Origin: Octopus vulgaris
Lineage: Eukaryota
NCBI GenBank assembly: GCA_951406725.2
Contig: OX597819.1
Span: 79,918,001 to 79,982,000 of the forward strand
DNA: 64,000 nt
Reading direction: 5' to 3'
Below, in pieces: positions 63,798 to 64,000 of the stretch. Position numbers and translations under genes: made by a program. How positions within the stretch are numbered: the stretch's first letter is position 1; each line of letters starts with the position of its first letter. The notes beneath the pieces are model-generated. The model saw only the letters and a list, made by a program, of their open reading frames with translations. It searched no databases and had not been told where the DNA came from.

Positions 63798-64000
63798 CCA
63801 ACACCACCACCACCAACAGCATCTTGAGTAGCAGCGGCAGTGGCAGCAGCTCCTTCAACGTCATTATAATTATTGCATACTAGTCAACCGTCGTCATCTT
63901 CAGCCTCATCATCATCATCCTCATTTTCTGAGTCGTCGTTTTGTCGTGGCTGTGGATGTCATCAAAATCATCACCACTATCAACAACACTAAACCACCAC

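Noticed and set aside
59040-64000. Host exons encoding poly-Q/H/A/V tracts
   Set aside because: Trinucleotide microsatellites with no domain content or consistent splice structure

Overview
AT-rich, microsatellite-saturated metazoan DNA with no recognisable host gene. The repeat content resembles octopus/cephalopod genomes (inference). Almost all long ORFs in the track are microsatellite artefacts. Real content: (1) a ~23 kb (TA)n-dominated block (19.7-42.6 kb) holding five pieces of a CR1-group LINE in both orientations, including a near-intact 5.3 kb copy whose ORF1 has a Myb/SANT-like (trihelix) N-terminus plus a CCCH finger and whose 5' region is a 15-copy monomer array; (2) an internally deleted Tx1/L1-clade LINE inserted, with an 18-bp TSD, just upstream of a hammerhead-ribozyme-like motif in an inverted + tandem Penelope-pLTR-like repeat, with the empty target visible in the adjacent unit; (3) several other hammerhead-like motifs in inverted-repeat relics; (4) a (TAA)n block with R4/Dong-type RLE retrotransposon fragments and three copies of a non-coding passenger element; (5) two Tc1 relics, a mariner relic, a non-autonomous Helitron, hAT-like MITEs and many SINEs.
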